From: a virus
Lineage: Duplodnaviria; Caudoviricetes
Virus record (IMG/VR): IMGVR_UViG_3300027838_000022
Coordinates: 1 to 33,248 of that record
Direction: 5' to 3' (one strand)
Length of the DNA stretch: 33,248 nucleotides
The position numbers and the translations under genes are program-made. The notes beneath the pieces are model-generated. The model ran no database searches and was not told the DNA's origin. It worked only from the letters and a program-made list of their open reading frames with translations. Numbering within the stretch: the first letter of the stretch is position 1; each line of letters begins with the position of its first letter. This document shows positions 25,857-33,248 of this stretch, piece after piece.

Positions 25857-26154
25857 AAACTACCCTTGAGCAAGAAGGACATCTTCCCATGCTTCCTATT
25901 AATGTGCAAGGCAGTTTCATTTTATGGTCACACTTAGGACAAGAAAATAAAAACTTACTATCTGTCTTGGGTTTATAATAGAACCTGCCATCTTCTCCTA
26001 TTAACTGCTCTATTATGTCTAGTTTTACCATAACTTCAAGCTGGGCAGATACCGCATCCATTAATTCTTCTTCACTCATCTTGTCCCAGCCATGTTTTTT
26101 CATCATTCTTTTTATTTCTTCGTCTAGCTCATCTTCCCCTTCGTTATCATACAT
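25825..26154 (-). CDS. Protein with a C-terminal zinc ribbon
   Basis: FLFSCPKC...GRCPSC. Confidence 0.6.
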   Translation of the reverse strand: MYDNEGEDELDEEIKRMMKKHGWDKMSEEELMDAVSAQLEVMVKLDIIEQLIGEDGRFYYKPKTDSKFLFSCPKCDHKMKLPCTLIGSMGRCPSCSRVVFVSILEDKDE

Positions 26155-26166
26155 TATTTAATTTCC

Positions 26167-26194
26167 ATTTTACCAGACATATTCGTAATGTCAA
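26167..26194 (-). promoter_or_regulatory. Sigma-70 promoter
   Basis: TTGACA-16 nt-TAAAAT with a TGn extension. Confidence 0.65.
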
Positions 26195-26595
26195 GTTATT
26201 TCTTTTGGCTTTTTTTATTGGGTCAAGCTATTTACCCATGCACAGCCAAAGTTGCGATATAGTAAACACAATGCCATACAGCATTACACATCCTGTAGTA
26301 ACCCATCCAAGGGATACAAACATCTTACTAAAGTGTTCTTTAATTTTCATGTTGCCTATCCTAAAATCATTATCAAAAAAGTTAAAACTACAATTCCTGT
26401 AAATATGCACATAGACATTGTTGCAAGTCTATTTGAAGATTCAATCTCAGCATGTTTTCTAGATATCCGACATCCATACGGGTTATATTTATTCTTCTTG
26501 AAAATCACTGTCCCCTCTTTTCAAGCCACCTACTACAGCAATAGGCAACCAAGACAGTAAACATTATTCCACAGATTACAACCTCTAACATTTTA

Positions 26596-26811
26596 TCACC
26601 CCTTATCTCCACAGGTAGGTGAGGAACTCCCATGTCCCTTAAACCCTTCTTTCCAGCCCCGCTTCTCTGTATCCCACCACTTCTTATACTTCTCTGAAAT
26701 AGCTTTAATTTTTTCATTAAGCATCTTGAGATGCTCTTTAAATTCCTTTATCTCCCCCTCATTGACCTTGGGGGCTTTATATTTAGCTTTCTTTTTCGCC
26801 ATCCTGCTCAA
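26596..26811 (-). CDS. Lys-rich hypothetical protein
   Basis: ORF track. Confidence 0.5.
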   Translation of the reverse strand: MSRMAKKKAKYKAPKVNEGEIKEFKEHLKMLNEKIKAISEKYKKWWDTEKRGWKEGFKGHGSSSPTCGDKG

Positions 26812-27244
26812 TCCAATTACTAATTAGTTCGCTAGAAGACTGGGTTTTATTACCACCTACATTATAAGCAGTTTTTATGTTTCTCCACTGACAATATTCT
26901 TCTTCTGGAGAATTTTCTTTGTTTCTGTCCCCTCCGTTGGCAAATATCATGGATTCAAAGAAGTAGTCAGTTGCGCATTTGTTATATAGTGAAGTAAGAG
27001 TTTCCACTACAGAACTACCCTTATCTGTAGAAATAACGGCTCTATCAACACAGCTTAATGCAGAGACAATTCTAGCCCTGTCGTTTTCGCTCATAAACGG
27101 GTAAGAGCCTTTAAGTTTAACCTGCTCGTCATTATTGATGATTACAATTAGCTTGTCACCTAACTGACGAGCCTCTTCCATATGTTCAATGTGGCCGACA
27201 TGGAGAGGATTAAAGTATCCCGATACTACTGCTATTCTTTCCAT
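26783..27244 (-). CDS. Cytidylyltransferase-family nucleotidyltransferase (TagD/RfaE-like)
   Basis: SGYFNPLHVGH (HxGH), FANGGDR, KTQSSS. Confidence 0.88.
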   Translation of the reverse strand: MERIAVVSGYFNPLHVGHIEHMEEARQLGDKLIVIINNDEQVKLKGSYPFMSENDRARIVSALSCVDRAVISTDKGSSVVETLTSLYNKCATDYFFESMIFANGGDRNKENSPEEEYCQWRNIKTAYNVGGNKTQSSSELISNWIEQDGEKES

Positions 27245-27600
27245 CTTTGCCCCTCGTACATAGTTATTTGTCTAAAATCCATAACACATATTGTATGTTG
27301 TTCAAACTCTTTAGATAGTTTAACAGCCAAGTGTCTCATAAAATCATCTATATCTATCGAGTTGGTTTCTATCTTGGGATAATTTATAGCACATACTTCC
27401 CAGCCATATTCTCTATACTCAGAGCCGGAAATAAAGGTGGTGGGGGTAATCCTTACTGGAATTACATATTTGTAATTGTCTTGGATGTTTGATATGGCTT
27501 TTTCAAGCACTTGTTGACCAAACTCTTCGCCAGTGTGCTTTACGCTACCGATGTAAAGCCTGCTCTCATAGTAAGGTTTGGTTTTTATGTTAGTCATCAT
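27232..27600 (-). CDS. Hypothetical protein
   Basis: ORF track; overlaps its neighbours. Confidence 0.55.
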   Translation of the reverse strand: MMTNIKTKPYYESRLYIGSVKHTGEEFGQQVLEKAISNIQDNYKYVIPVRITPTTFISGSEYREYGWEVCAINYPKIETNSIDIDDFMRHLAVKLSKEFEQHTICVMDFRQITMYEGQRWKE

Positions 27601-27902
27601 TCGTCCTGCATGCGGTCTATCTCTAATTGCTTTTCCATACTTTTATACATAAGATGACAGCATATTTTTGCTATCGCACAGAATTCCTCTCTTTTTTCCT
27701 CATCATCGTCGGAGTACCAATCCGCAACAGAATCTATGAAACAATATAAGATACAAGACATCTCCCTGTTTTCTTCTTCTAGGGAAGACATAAATTCCTT
27801 AATTCCAAAGTTCTTGTTTTTAGTAAAGACTTCTTCTACTATACTCTCTATAGTGTCTGGACTTATATGTGGCAACCCGCTATTTGTGATTCTTTTTGAC
27901 AA
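27597..27902 (-). CDS. Hypothetical protein
   Basis: ORF track. Confidence 0.5.
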   Translation of the reverse strand: MSKRITNSGLPHISPDTIESIVEEVFTKNKNFGIKEFMSSLEEENREMSCILYCFIDSVADWYSDDDEEKREEFCAIAKICCHLMYKSMEKQLEIDRMQDE

Positions 27903-27905
27903 GGT

Positions 27906-28364
27906 TTATTTTTTAAGCCTACTGCGCCCATTTAAGTGTAAGATACTTCTGTTTACTATCTCTACATCAAAAGTAGTATGGCTTTCCCTTTTCCAGTTTG
28001 ATTTGACTTCTCTTATTTTCTGGCTGTCCTTATCATAAAACAGACAGACCCATTTTCCCTTTTCTAGTCTGGGTACTATAGATTTAACTTGTTGTGGTCT
28101 AGAACTATAAGACCAAGAAATCCTATAATCCTTTACTACAAAGCCAGACATATTTCTGTAGTCACCGGAATCTTCTACAAGTATATGGTTTCTCCACTCC
28201 CACCATATAATCTGAACAAAACGCTTTGTATAAGTCCTGTCAGTTTTATTGTATCTATAAACATGGTTTACTTCTACAAAATCTGAAACATCTCTTGTAA
28301 TACCGTTTTCTCTAACTGGAGATAGCATTAACACAAGATAAATCAGAATTTTTAGTTTTAACAT
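27906..28364 (-). CDS. Secreted hypothetical protein resembling a Planctomycete-type family
   Basis: Signal peptide; D.VEVNH.Y...QII.WEW...V.D.R...D.E..NR pattern (recalled, unverified). Confidence 0.5.
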   Translation of the reverse strand: MLKLKILIYLVLMLSPVRENGITRDVSDFVEVNHVYRYNKTDRTYTKRFVQIIWWEWRNHILVEDSGDYRNMSGFVVKDYRISWSYSSRPQQVKSIVPRLEKGKWVCLFYDKDSQKIREVKSNWKRESHTTFDVEIVNRSILHLNGRSRLKK

Positions 28365-28460
28365 TCCATGTTCACATACTTTTTATCTTTTTAAGAACAA
28401 AATGAAGAAGAATTGCCGTTGTAGTTATAGAAGCGACCGCTAATAACAATTTGAACATAA

Positions 28461-28733
28461 TTACCCCCCGGCATTTGCTACGTCTTTATTAAAATCTTCG
28501 TGTGATATTTCTAAATAAGTTAAAGTGTCGTCCACTAAGGCTTTCCACCAGTCTGCACAGTCCTCATACCCACCTACTGCCCATGTATTATCTACTACTA
28601 TATCGTAGGGGTGAGCATTAGCGTCAAAACATTCATTGCAATACGCCGCAGACCAAGGTACTCCCGGTATGGCAGATACTCTAGTCTCTCTATCTTCACC
28701 GCATACTTGACAACTAGGGTTCGGGTTCTTCAT
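28461..28733 (-). CDS. Small zinc-finger protein
   Basis: CQVC...CNEC. Confidence 0.55.
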   Translation of the reverse strand: MKNPNPSCQVCGEDRETRVSAIPGVPWSAAYCNECFDANAHPYDIVVDNTWAVGGYEDCADWWKALVDDTLTYLEISHEDFNKDVANAGG

Positions 28734-28890
28734 CTACCTTCTTTCCGTAACTATCTACATGTATCACACCGCATCCTTCACACAATACCTTCCATATCTC
28801 ATCTTTTGGGATACCACCATTTGCAAAATCATTCCACCTTGGGTCTACCCCAAGAGTATCTTTAGCGCAATCGTAACAAAAGTTTGCCAT
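28714..28890 (-). CDS. Small zinc-finger protein (58 aa)
   Basis: Manual translation MANFCYDC...LCEGCG...VD..G. Confidence 0.6.
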   Translation of the reverse strand: MANFCYDCAKDTLGVDPRWNDFANGGIPKDEIWKVLCEGCGVIHVDSYGKKVDEEPEP

Positions 28891-28894
28891 CTCG

Positions 28895-29131
28895 CTATCT
28901 TTCTATGGAGTATCTATTAGGGTCTGCCAACCCACTATCAAGCCTATTTATATCAGTTACATAATATCCTATATCGTCTTTGCAAACTACCTCACCATCT
29001 TTCAGGGATGTAAAGTCGTCTTCTAAGTCAAAAGAGTCTACAACCATGTCAGCGTGGCTTCCAAACCAGCTTTTAGTGGTCACAACACTTCCGACGCTGC
29101 GTTGTACAATCTGTCTTTTGTATTTAGCCAT
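28895..29131 (-). CDS. Hypothetical protein
   Basis: ORF track. Confidence 0.55.
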   Translation of the reverse strand: MAKYKRQIVQRSVGSVVTTKSWFGSHADMVVDSFDLEDDFTSLKDGEVVCKDDIGYYVTDINRLDSGLADPNRYSIER

Positions 29132-29144
29132 TTAATATAATACA

Positions 29145-29447
29145 CTAATTGCCAAAATGCTTCGGGATATTTTTGTCCATAGCGGCTTTTACTAATCCCT
29201 TAAAGGCAATTCCTATCATTGGAAGGTTTACTACAACATCTAAGCTGTCCTCTTTTACTACAGCTTTTCCAGAGATTTTAATACCTCTACTGATACAGGA
29301 AAATCCCACATTATCCTCACCATCTGAGACAATGCTAGTTTCAGTGGCCCCAAATTCGGCTAGAAGTTTAATTATTGCCTTCTCAGACGCATCAGCGGCC
29401 TGCTCTTTAGTCATACTATGGGGGTATGTTCCTTCTACTTTAGGCAT
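29145..29447 (-). CDS. PHA_gran_rgn-like (polyhydroxyalkanoic acid system) small protein
   Basis: MPK...PHSMT.EQA...G.KISG...V....V...LP.....FKG; start reassigned to MPKVEG. Confidence 0.6.
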   Translation of the reverse strand: MPKVEGTYPHSMTKEQAADASEKAIIKLLAEFGATETSIVSDGEDNVGFSCISRGIKISGKAVVKEDSLDVVVNLPMIGIAFKGLVKAAMDKNIPKHFGN

Positions 29448-29637
29448 TGTCTTGTCCTTCTGGGGGTGTAGAATTGGGTAGGGTATCACCACGGGCAATC
29501 CCTGACGCCATCATCCAAGCACGTCTAAGTTCTTCTTCGTCAAGATTAACAAAGGTTCCATCAGTGAACTCTACATTCAGGTATTGCTGTCGTTTCTTAT
29601 CGGTGGGCGTGTTAACTATTACAGCTTTCTTAATCAT
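29440..29637 (-). CDS. Hypothetical protein (paralog of 32037..32186)
   Basis: V.F.DGT.VNL.EEELR.A motif; start MIKKAV. Confidence 0.6.
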   Translation of the reverse strand: MIKKAVIVNTPTDKKRQQYLNVEFTDGTFVNLDEEELRRAWMMASGIARGDTLPNSTPPEGQDNA

Positions 29638-29741
29638 TACATCCCCCCATTTGTGTAGTATGGGTAGTATCCCCAATAACTGTAATACATTCCCTCTGGG
29701 GCGTAGTAGTAGTTATAGTTACTGTATGTAGGGTAGCTCAT
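29637..29741 (-). CDS. Tyr-rich peptide (34 aa, 13 Tyr)
   Basis: MSYPTYSNYNYYYAPEGMYYSYWGYYPYYTNGGM; AAGGA SD; TAATG coupling to the next gene. Confidence 0.6.
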   Translation of the reverse strand: MSYPTYSNYNYYYAPEGMYYSYWGYYPYYTNGGM

Positions 29742-29819
29742 ATCAAATTCCTTAATCATCATGGTGTAAAGCGGCACGGTCACGCTGACCTTGTGTGCCA
29801 AATGTTCTTCCACTTATCA

Positions 29820-30128
29820 TTAGCTTTTGTCATTTTCAACTCCTTCACTGGATGGGGTATCGCACCCTAAGTGTTCATCCACTAACTTTAGAAGTATGTC
29901 TCCATGACAACTCTGCGGCTTACACCAACAACCTAAAGTTTTTCCTACCAACTCTGGTATGTCGGCTATTAATTTAGTGTTTGCCCTAATCCACTTCTCA
30001 TATTTTACAACAACTTCTTCGCGGGTTCCATCTTTTCCGATACTAAAAGGGTTCCCCCACTTCTGAGGTCTACCAATGTAAACATCATAATCTTCTTTTT
30101 TACAGTGAACTACTCTTGACATCTCCAT
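29820..30128 (-). CDS. DUF4326 family protein
   Basis: VVHCKK..YDVYIGRP.KWGNPF...GKTLGCWCKP..CHGD. Confidence 0.88.
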   Translation of the reverse strand: MEMSRVVHCKKEDYDVYIGRPQKWGNPFSIGKDGTREEVVVKYEKWIRANTKLIADIPELVGKTLGCWCKPQSCHGDILLKLVDEHLGCDTPSSEGVENDKS

Positions 30129-30252
30129 CAATCTCCATATTGACAACGTAATTGTCAACTTGGTATTCACCAAGAAATGACTCGCCTAAATCTGTGCATC
30201 CCAATTCATACCCGTCTGGATTAAATAAGACACCCTGTCCATCACCGCCGAC

Positions 30253-30432
30253 CTAATTAATTTGATAAATCCACTCACCGCCGATGGGCAGAGTTAATGA
30301 AGCCGCCTGTTCTTCCGTAAACTTGTCGGCTTCTTCCATTGTAGTCCACCCCCACTCATTTGACCAGTATAATTCTGACCAAGTATCGTCATCCATTTCG
30401 TTTTTGCTCATTATAACCAGCTTCTCGCCCAT
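30253..30432 (-). CDS. Small Trp-containing hypothetical protein (59 aa)
   Basis: Manual translation ...LYWSNEWGWTT...LPIGGEW; AAGGAGG SD. Confidence 0.6.
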   Translation of the reverse strand: MGEKLVIMSKNEMDDDTWSELYWSNEWGWTTMEEADKFTEEQAASLTLPIGGEWIYQIN

Positions 30433-30619
30433 TTTCGCCCTCCTTGTACTTTGCTATTGCTTCTTTAAGGTCGTTAATCGCATCTTCTAGCCTACGCACG
30501 ACAAAATGCGCGGCTTCTCTTTCTTTTTTCAAGCTGGCTTCGTGTTTTTCTTCATTTTCTGCGATTTCGCTCTTTAGATTGGCAATTATATTACCATAAA
30601 TTACTGTTAAGTCACTCAT
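30389..30619 (-). CDS. Coiled-coil hypothetical protein
   Basis: ORF track; overlaps the ruvB stop. Confidence 0.55.
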   Translation of the reverse strand: MSDLTVIYGNIIANLKSEIAENEEKHEASLKKEREAAHFVVRRLEDAINDLKEAIAKYKEGENGREAGYNEQKRNG

Positions 30620-31544
30620 TATCTTTTCCTTCTGCCGCCCCGACTTTTTTACGATTAAGTACTCTGCCGCGAGGCGTCTTCTTTATTATACCATTTCGTA
30701 GCAGCCACGGCTCAATTATATCCTCAATCGTTGCCTTATCAATCCCTGTGGTTGCAGATATTGTACTAACTCCTAGAGGAATATCGCTGTTATTCAAGAC
30801 TCGTAAGTATTGTCGGTCAACATCCGTTAAACCACTGGTGTTTACGCCCTTAATTTTCATGGCCGCTTTTACATCTTCCATAGACAACTGGCCGAGATGT
30901 TTAGCAATCTTATAGTCTCGCAGCCACTCCAATGTTGAATTTACTATTCGGGGCGTGCCTTTAGAAATTTTTGCTGCTAAATTGATAGCATCATCAGACA
31001 GCTTAATCTCTAGTTTACCCATATTGGCTTCGGCAATAGCTCGCAAGTCTTTATCGTTATACAATTTTAGCGTGTGTTTATTCTTGAATCTATCAATGAA
31101 CGGTTTAGCCAGCAATCCAATCTGAGTTGTTGCTCCGATTAAAGTAAAGCTAGGTATCGAAACGCTTATGGTTTTTTCCTCACTAACAGCCATATCTATC
31201 TTAAAATCTTCCATGACTGGATACAGAAATTCCTCCACGATTTTAGTCATGCGATGAATTTCGTCTATAAACAGAATAGAATCCTTCTCAATCTGCATTA
31301 GGTAAGCGACAATGGATTTAATATTTCTTAGGTTAGCACCATTAGCGGTCTGTAGTGAACACCCCATCTCGTTTGCTATTGCATTAGCTAATGTAGTTTT
31401 ACCTGTTCCGGGTGGCCCATAGAACAGCATGTGACCCAAGCAAGTGTTTCTTGTTTTGGCACTATCGACACTTATCTGGAGAGCCTCAAGAACTGATGAC
31501 TGTCCTAAGATATCATCAAACTTTGTTGGTCTAAGTATATTCAC
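30612..31544 (-). CDS. ruvB: Holliday junction branch-migration ATPase RuvB
   Basis: LRP..FD..LGQ, GPPGTGKTT, LFIDEIHR, EEFLYPVMED, FTLIGATT, DRF, GTPR, EPWL...TPRGR. Confidence 0.95.
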   Translation of the reverse strand: MNILRPTKFDDILGQSSVLEALQISVDSAKTRNTCLGHMLFYGPPGTGKTTLANAIANEMGCSLQTANGANLRNIKSIVAYLMQIEKDSILFIDEIHRMTKIVEEFLYPVMEDFKIDMAVSEEKTISVSIPSFTLIGATTQIGLLAKPFIDRFKNKHTLKLYNDKDLRAIAEANMGKLEIKLSDDAINLAAKISKGTPRIVNSTLEWLRDYKIAKHLGQLSMEDVKAAMKIKGVNTSGLTDVDRQYLRVLNNSDIPLGVSTISATTGIDKATIEDIIEPWLLRNGIIKKTPRGRVLNRKKVGAAEGKDNE

Positions 31545-32053
31545 TAATCATCGTCCTCTATAGGCTCTAGGTCATCTTGCATCTGCTTTGAGTAAGTTTT
31601 ATCTTCCCCTAAATCCATTCTCATTTCATATCCAGAACAGTAAAACCCACACTTATCATAGAAGGGAATGTTGTATTCACTACAATTCAATATAACTTTA
31701 TAACAGGAGCTATACTTGGCTATCTTTACAAGGTGGTTTATAATCATTCTTCCCACCCCAGTAAGCCTTGTAGTTTTGTCTACAACAATATCTTCGAGAT
31801 GTCCTACTACTCCCCCTTTTCGTAGAAACTTTTGTTCTATGAGTATAGAACCAGTGCCTATCACTACATCATTGGCTACAGCGACTACAATGTGGGTGTG
31901 AGACTGTTTTTCATATTGACTCCACAATAGAGCATTTAGGTCGAGCCTGTTATCAGAACTACTAAGCTGCTCCAATATCCTGATAAAATCACCATCAGGC
32001 GTAACGTCTTCTTTTTCTAGTCTTCTAATTACAATTTTATTCACGGCTTGCAA
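31544..32053 (-). CDS. GNA1-like glucosamine-phosphate N-acetyltransferase (GNAT)
   Basis: IEQKF...G..GHLEDIVVD...G.G...CYKVILNCSE.NIPFY.KCGF. Confidence 0.85.
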   Translation of the reverse strand: MQAVNKIVIRRLEKEDVTPDGDFIRILEQLSSSDNRLDLNALLWSQYEKQSHTHIVVAVANDVVIGTGSILIEQKFLRKGGVVGHLEDIVVDKTTRLTGVGRMIINHLVKIAKYSSCYKVILNCSEYNIPFYDKCGFYCSGYEMRMDLGEDKTYSKQMQDDLEPIEDDD

Positions 32054-32186
32054 AAGCCTTTCTTAGTTCTTCTTCGTTAAGATTAACAGATGTTCCATCA
32101 TCAAATTGTACTTGAACAAACTGTTCTTCCCTATCTCCATCATCAAATATATCGGGCAATCCTATTACTTTAGCGGAGAAAATCAT
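32037..32186 (-). CDS. Hypothetical protein (paralog of 29440..29637)
   Basis: Start MIFSAK (AAGGAG SD); DGTSVNLNEEELRKA. Confidence 0.6.
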   Translation of the reverse strand: MIFSAKVIGLPDIFDDGDREEQFVQVQFDDGTSVNLNEEELRKAFASRE

Positions 32187-32196
32187 CTTCAACTCC

Positions 32197-32676
32197 TTAA
32201 CTAATCCAAACAGGTACGGGTCTATTCTTCCAACTATGCAGATGTGACTTAGCTTGGTTGTAGTAATTACGATACGCAAGCACCGGACTGCTCATTCTGT
32301 ATATAATATCCATAGCTTGAGTATGAGGTGTCTTATATATTGTCTTAAAACAAGATGTATCTGGTATGTTTAGAAAACAATCGTCTATAACAGCCTCACA
32401 CTTATGTACCTTTCCATATCTGTGGGTATATTCTTTACACAATGCCACGCCAAACCTACATAGCCAACAATAATTGTATAGGCTTTCCCTTACCCATATA
32501 CTGCAAGGATGGTTTGTGTGCGTCTTGCGGTAAGGAATGGTGTCAGCGTCCTCTCCAAGCTCATAGCGAGCAGTACAGAGCAACTGAGCAGTTTCCAGAG
32601 GCATCTTTACAATGTGCTTATCAACATGGGCTTGTGCTGCCCTTGTAATATCCTTATCTAGTACAAATATGTTCAA
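32197..32676 (-). CDS. Pyrimidine dimer DNA glycosylase/endonuclease V family
   Basis: MNIF.LD...DKHIVKM.LETAQLL...NHPC.IW...EY..RYGK.H...AYR.YY...W..R..P.W. Confidence 0.85.
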   Translation of the reverse strand: MNIFVLDKDITRAAQAHVDKHIVKMPLETAQLLCTARYELGEDADTIPYRKTHTNHPCSIWVRESLYNYCWLCRFGVALCKEYTHRYGKVHKCEAVIDDCFLNIPDTSCFKTIYKTPHTQAMDIIYRMSSPVLAYRNYYNQAKSHLHSWKNRPVPVWIS

Positions 32677-32963
32677 TCTTCATCTTCTCCGTCAGTTGAA
32701 TAACCTGTTAGACTATATTCATCTCTCCATTCAGCGTTACAGTCAATACATGACATGTCTTGCCAAGCCATACCAACGTCAGTATTGACCACGCCATCGC
32801 TTTCTATATCCGTGCGATTACAGTACGGGCAACGCACCCCACCCTTTTCTACATATTCTTTGCTATTTAAGCAATGCAATTTTTTGCTACTCATCTTTAT
32901 CCTTCGAGCTTTTAGGTGTGGACGAAATGATGACACAATGCTTATCACACAAGGTAATAGCAT
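32673..32963 (-). CDS. Zinc-ribbon protein (likely start MSSKKL)
   Basis: CPYC...CIDC...W.D.Y.L.GY. Confidence 0.6.
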   Translation of the reverse strand: MLLPCVISIVSSFRPHLKARRIKMSSKKLHCLNSKEYVEKGGVRCPYCNRTDIESDGVVNTDVGMAWQDMSCIDCNAEWRDEYSLTGYSTDGEDED

Positions 32964-33156
32964 CTTCTCTAGACATAGTTTCGCCTAGTAAATATCGGGC
33001 TGTACTTGTTTTAGTTACCTCGTACTTTGTTTCTTCACAATTATCTAACTGTTTCAATGTTATCTTGTAGCCCTGTTCGCCGTCTGGTGGCAATCCGAAG
33101 CCGTGGTGAGTTATGCTAGGAGGAGTTCCCTTAGCCTTGAATGGGTCTCTACTCAT
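32887..33156 (-). CDS. Hypothetical protein
   Basis: ORF track; AAGGAG SD. Confidence 0.55.
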   Translation of the reverse strand: MSRDPFKAKGTPPSITHHGFGLPPDGEQGYKITLKQLDNCEETKYEVTKTSTARYLLGETMSREDAITLCDKHCVIISSTPKSSKDKDE

Positions 33157-33248
33157 TTATCAACTCCTTCAAAGATATTCCCAATCACTTCTTTATATTC
33201 ATTTGATACGCCGCCATAATAGTCATTTGGCTCATCTGACTTCACATC
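33153..33248 (-). CDS. C-terminal end of a YopX-like protein (partial)
   Basis: Manual translation ends ...KEVIGNIFEGVDK*; EVIGNI.E is the YopX-type C-terminal motif. Confidence 0.6.
   Translation of the reverse strand, partial: DVKSDEPNDYYGGVSNEYKEVIGNIFEGVDK

Noticed and set aside
36-32988. All plus-strand ORFs in the track
   Set aside because: They are antisense shadows of well-supported minus-strand genes or RNAs and carry no recognisable motifs.
1-33248. Stop-codon reassignment (TAG or TGA recoding)
   Set aside because: Conserved genes are full length under code 11, and TAG/TGA stops coincide with downstream starts.
1-33248. CRISPR array, IS element, integrase/att site or intron
   Set aside because: No regularly spaced repeats, transposase or integrase seen, and no interrupted conserved gene other than the aldolase remnant.

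Overview
The window is gene-dense and AT-rich, and essentially all credible genes lie on the minus strand. It reads as part of a large (jumbo-type) bacteriophage genome rather than a bacterial chromosome. Phage signs: rIIA/rIIB, a free-standing HNH endonuclease, a pyrimidine-dimer glycosylase, two sigma-70-like factors, an isolated RuvB, many short ORFs, four tRNAs (Arg-UCU, Leu-UAA, Ile-UAU, Glu-UUC) and a tmRNA with tag (A)AESNLAIAA. Host-type metabolic genes include glpX, guaC, an IscA/HesB protein, a UDP-glucose dehydrogenase-like protein, GT4 and GT47 glycosyltransferases, a GNA1-like acetyltransferase, three proteases and a Tat-signal DUF1501 protein. DUF1501 and several hypotheticals point to a Planctomycetota (PVC) host. 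Most notable observations: (1) a membrane-anchored protein ending in a RuvA domain III-like module, in the rII operon, with an orphan RuvB elsewhere; (2) tRNA genes whose 5' ends overlap the stop codons of upstream CDSs, so tRNA maturation would create non-stop mRNAs, substrates for the phage tmRNA; (3) a rare tRNA-Ile(UAU); (4) a 29-aa class I aldolase remnant coupled to glpX; (5) an unannotated 34-aa Tyr-rich peptide. All family calls come from motif recognition by eye; no searches were run.
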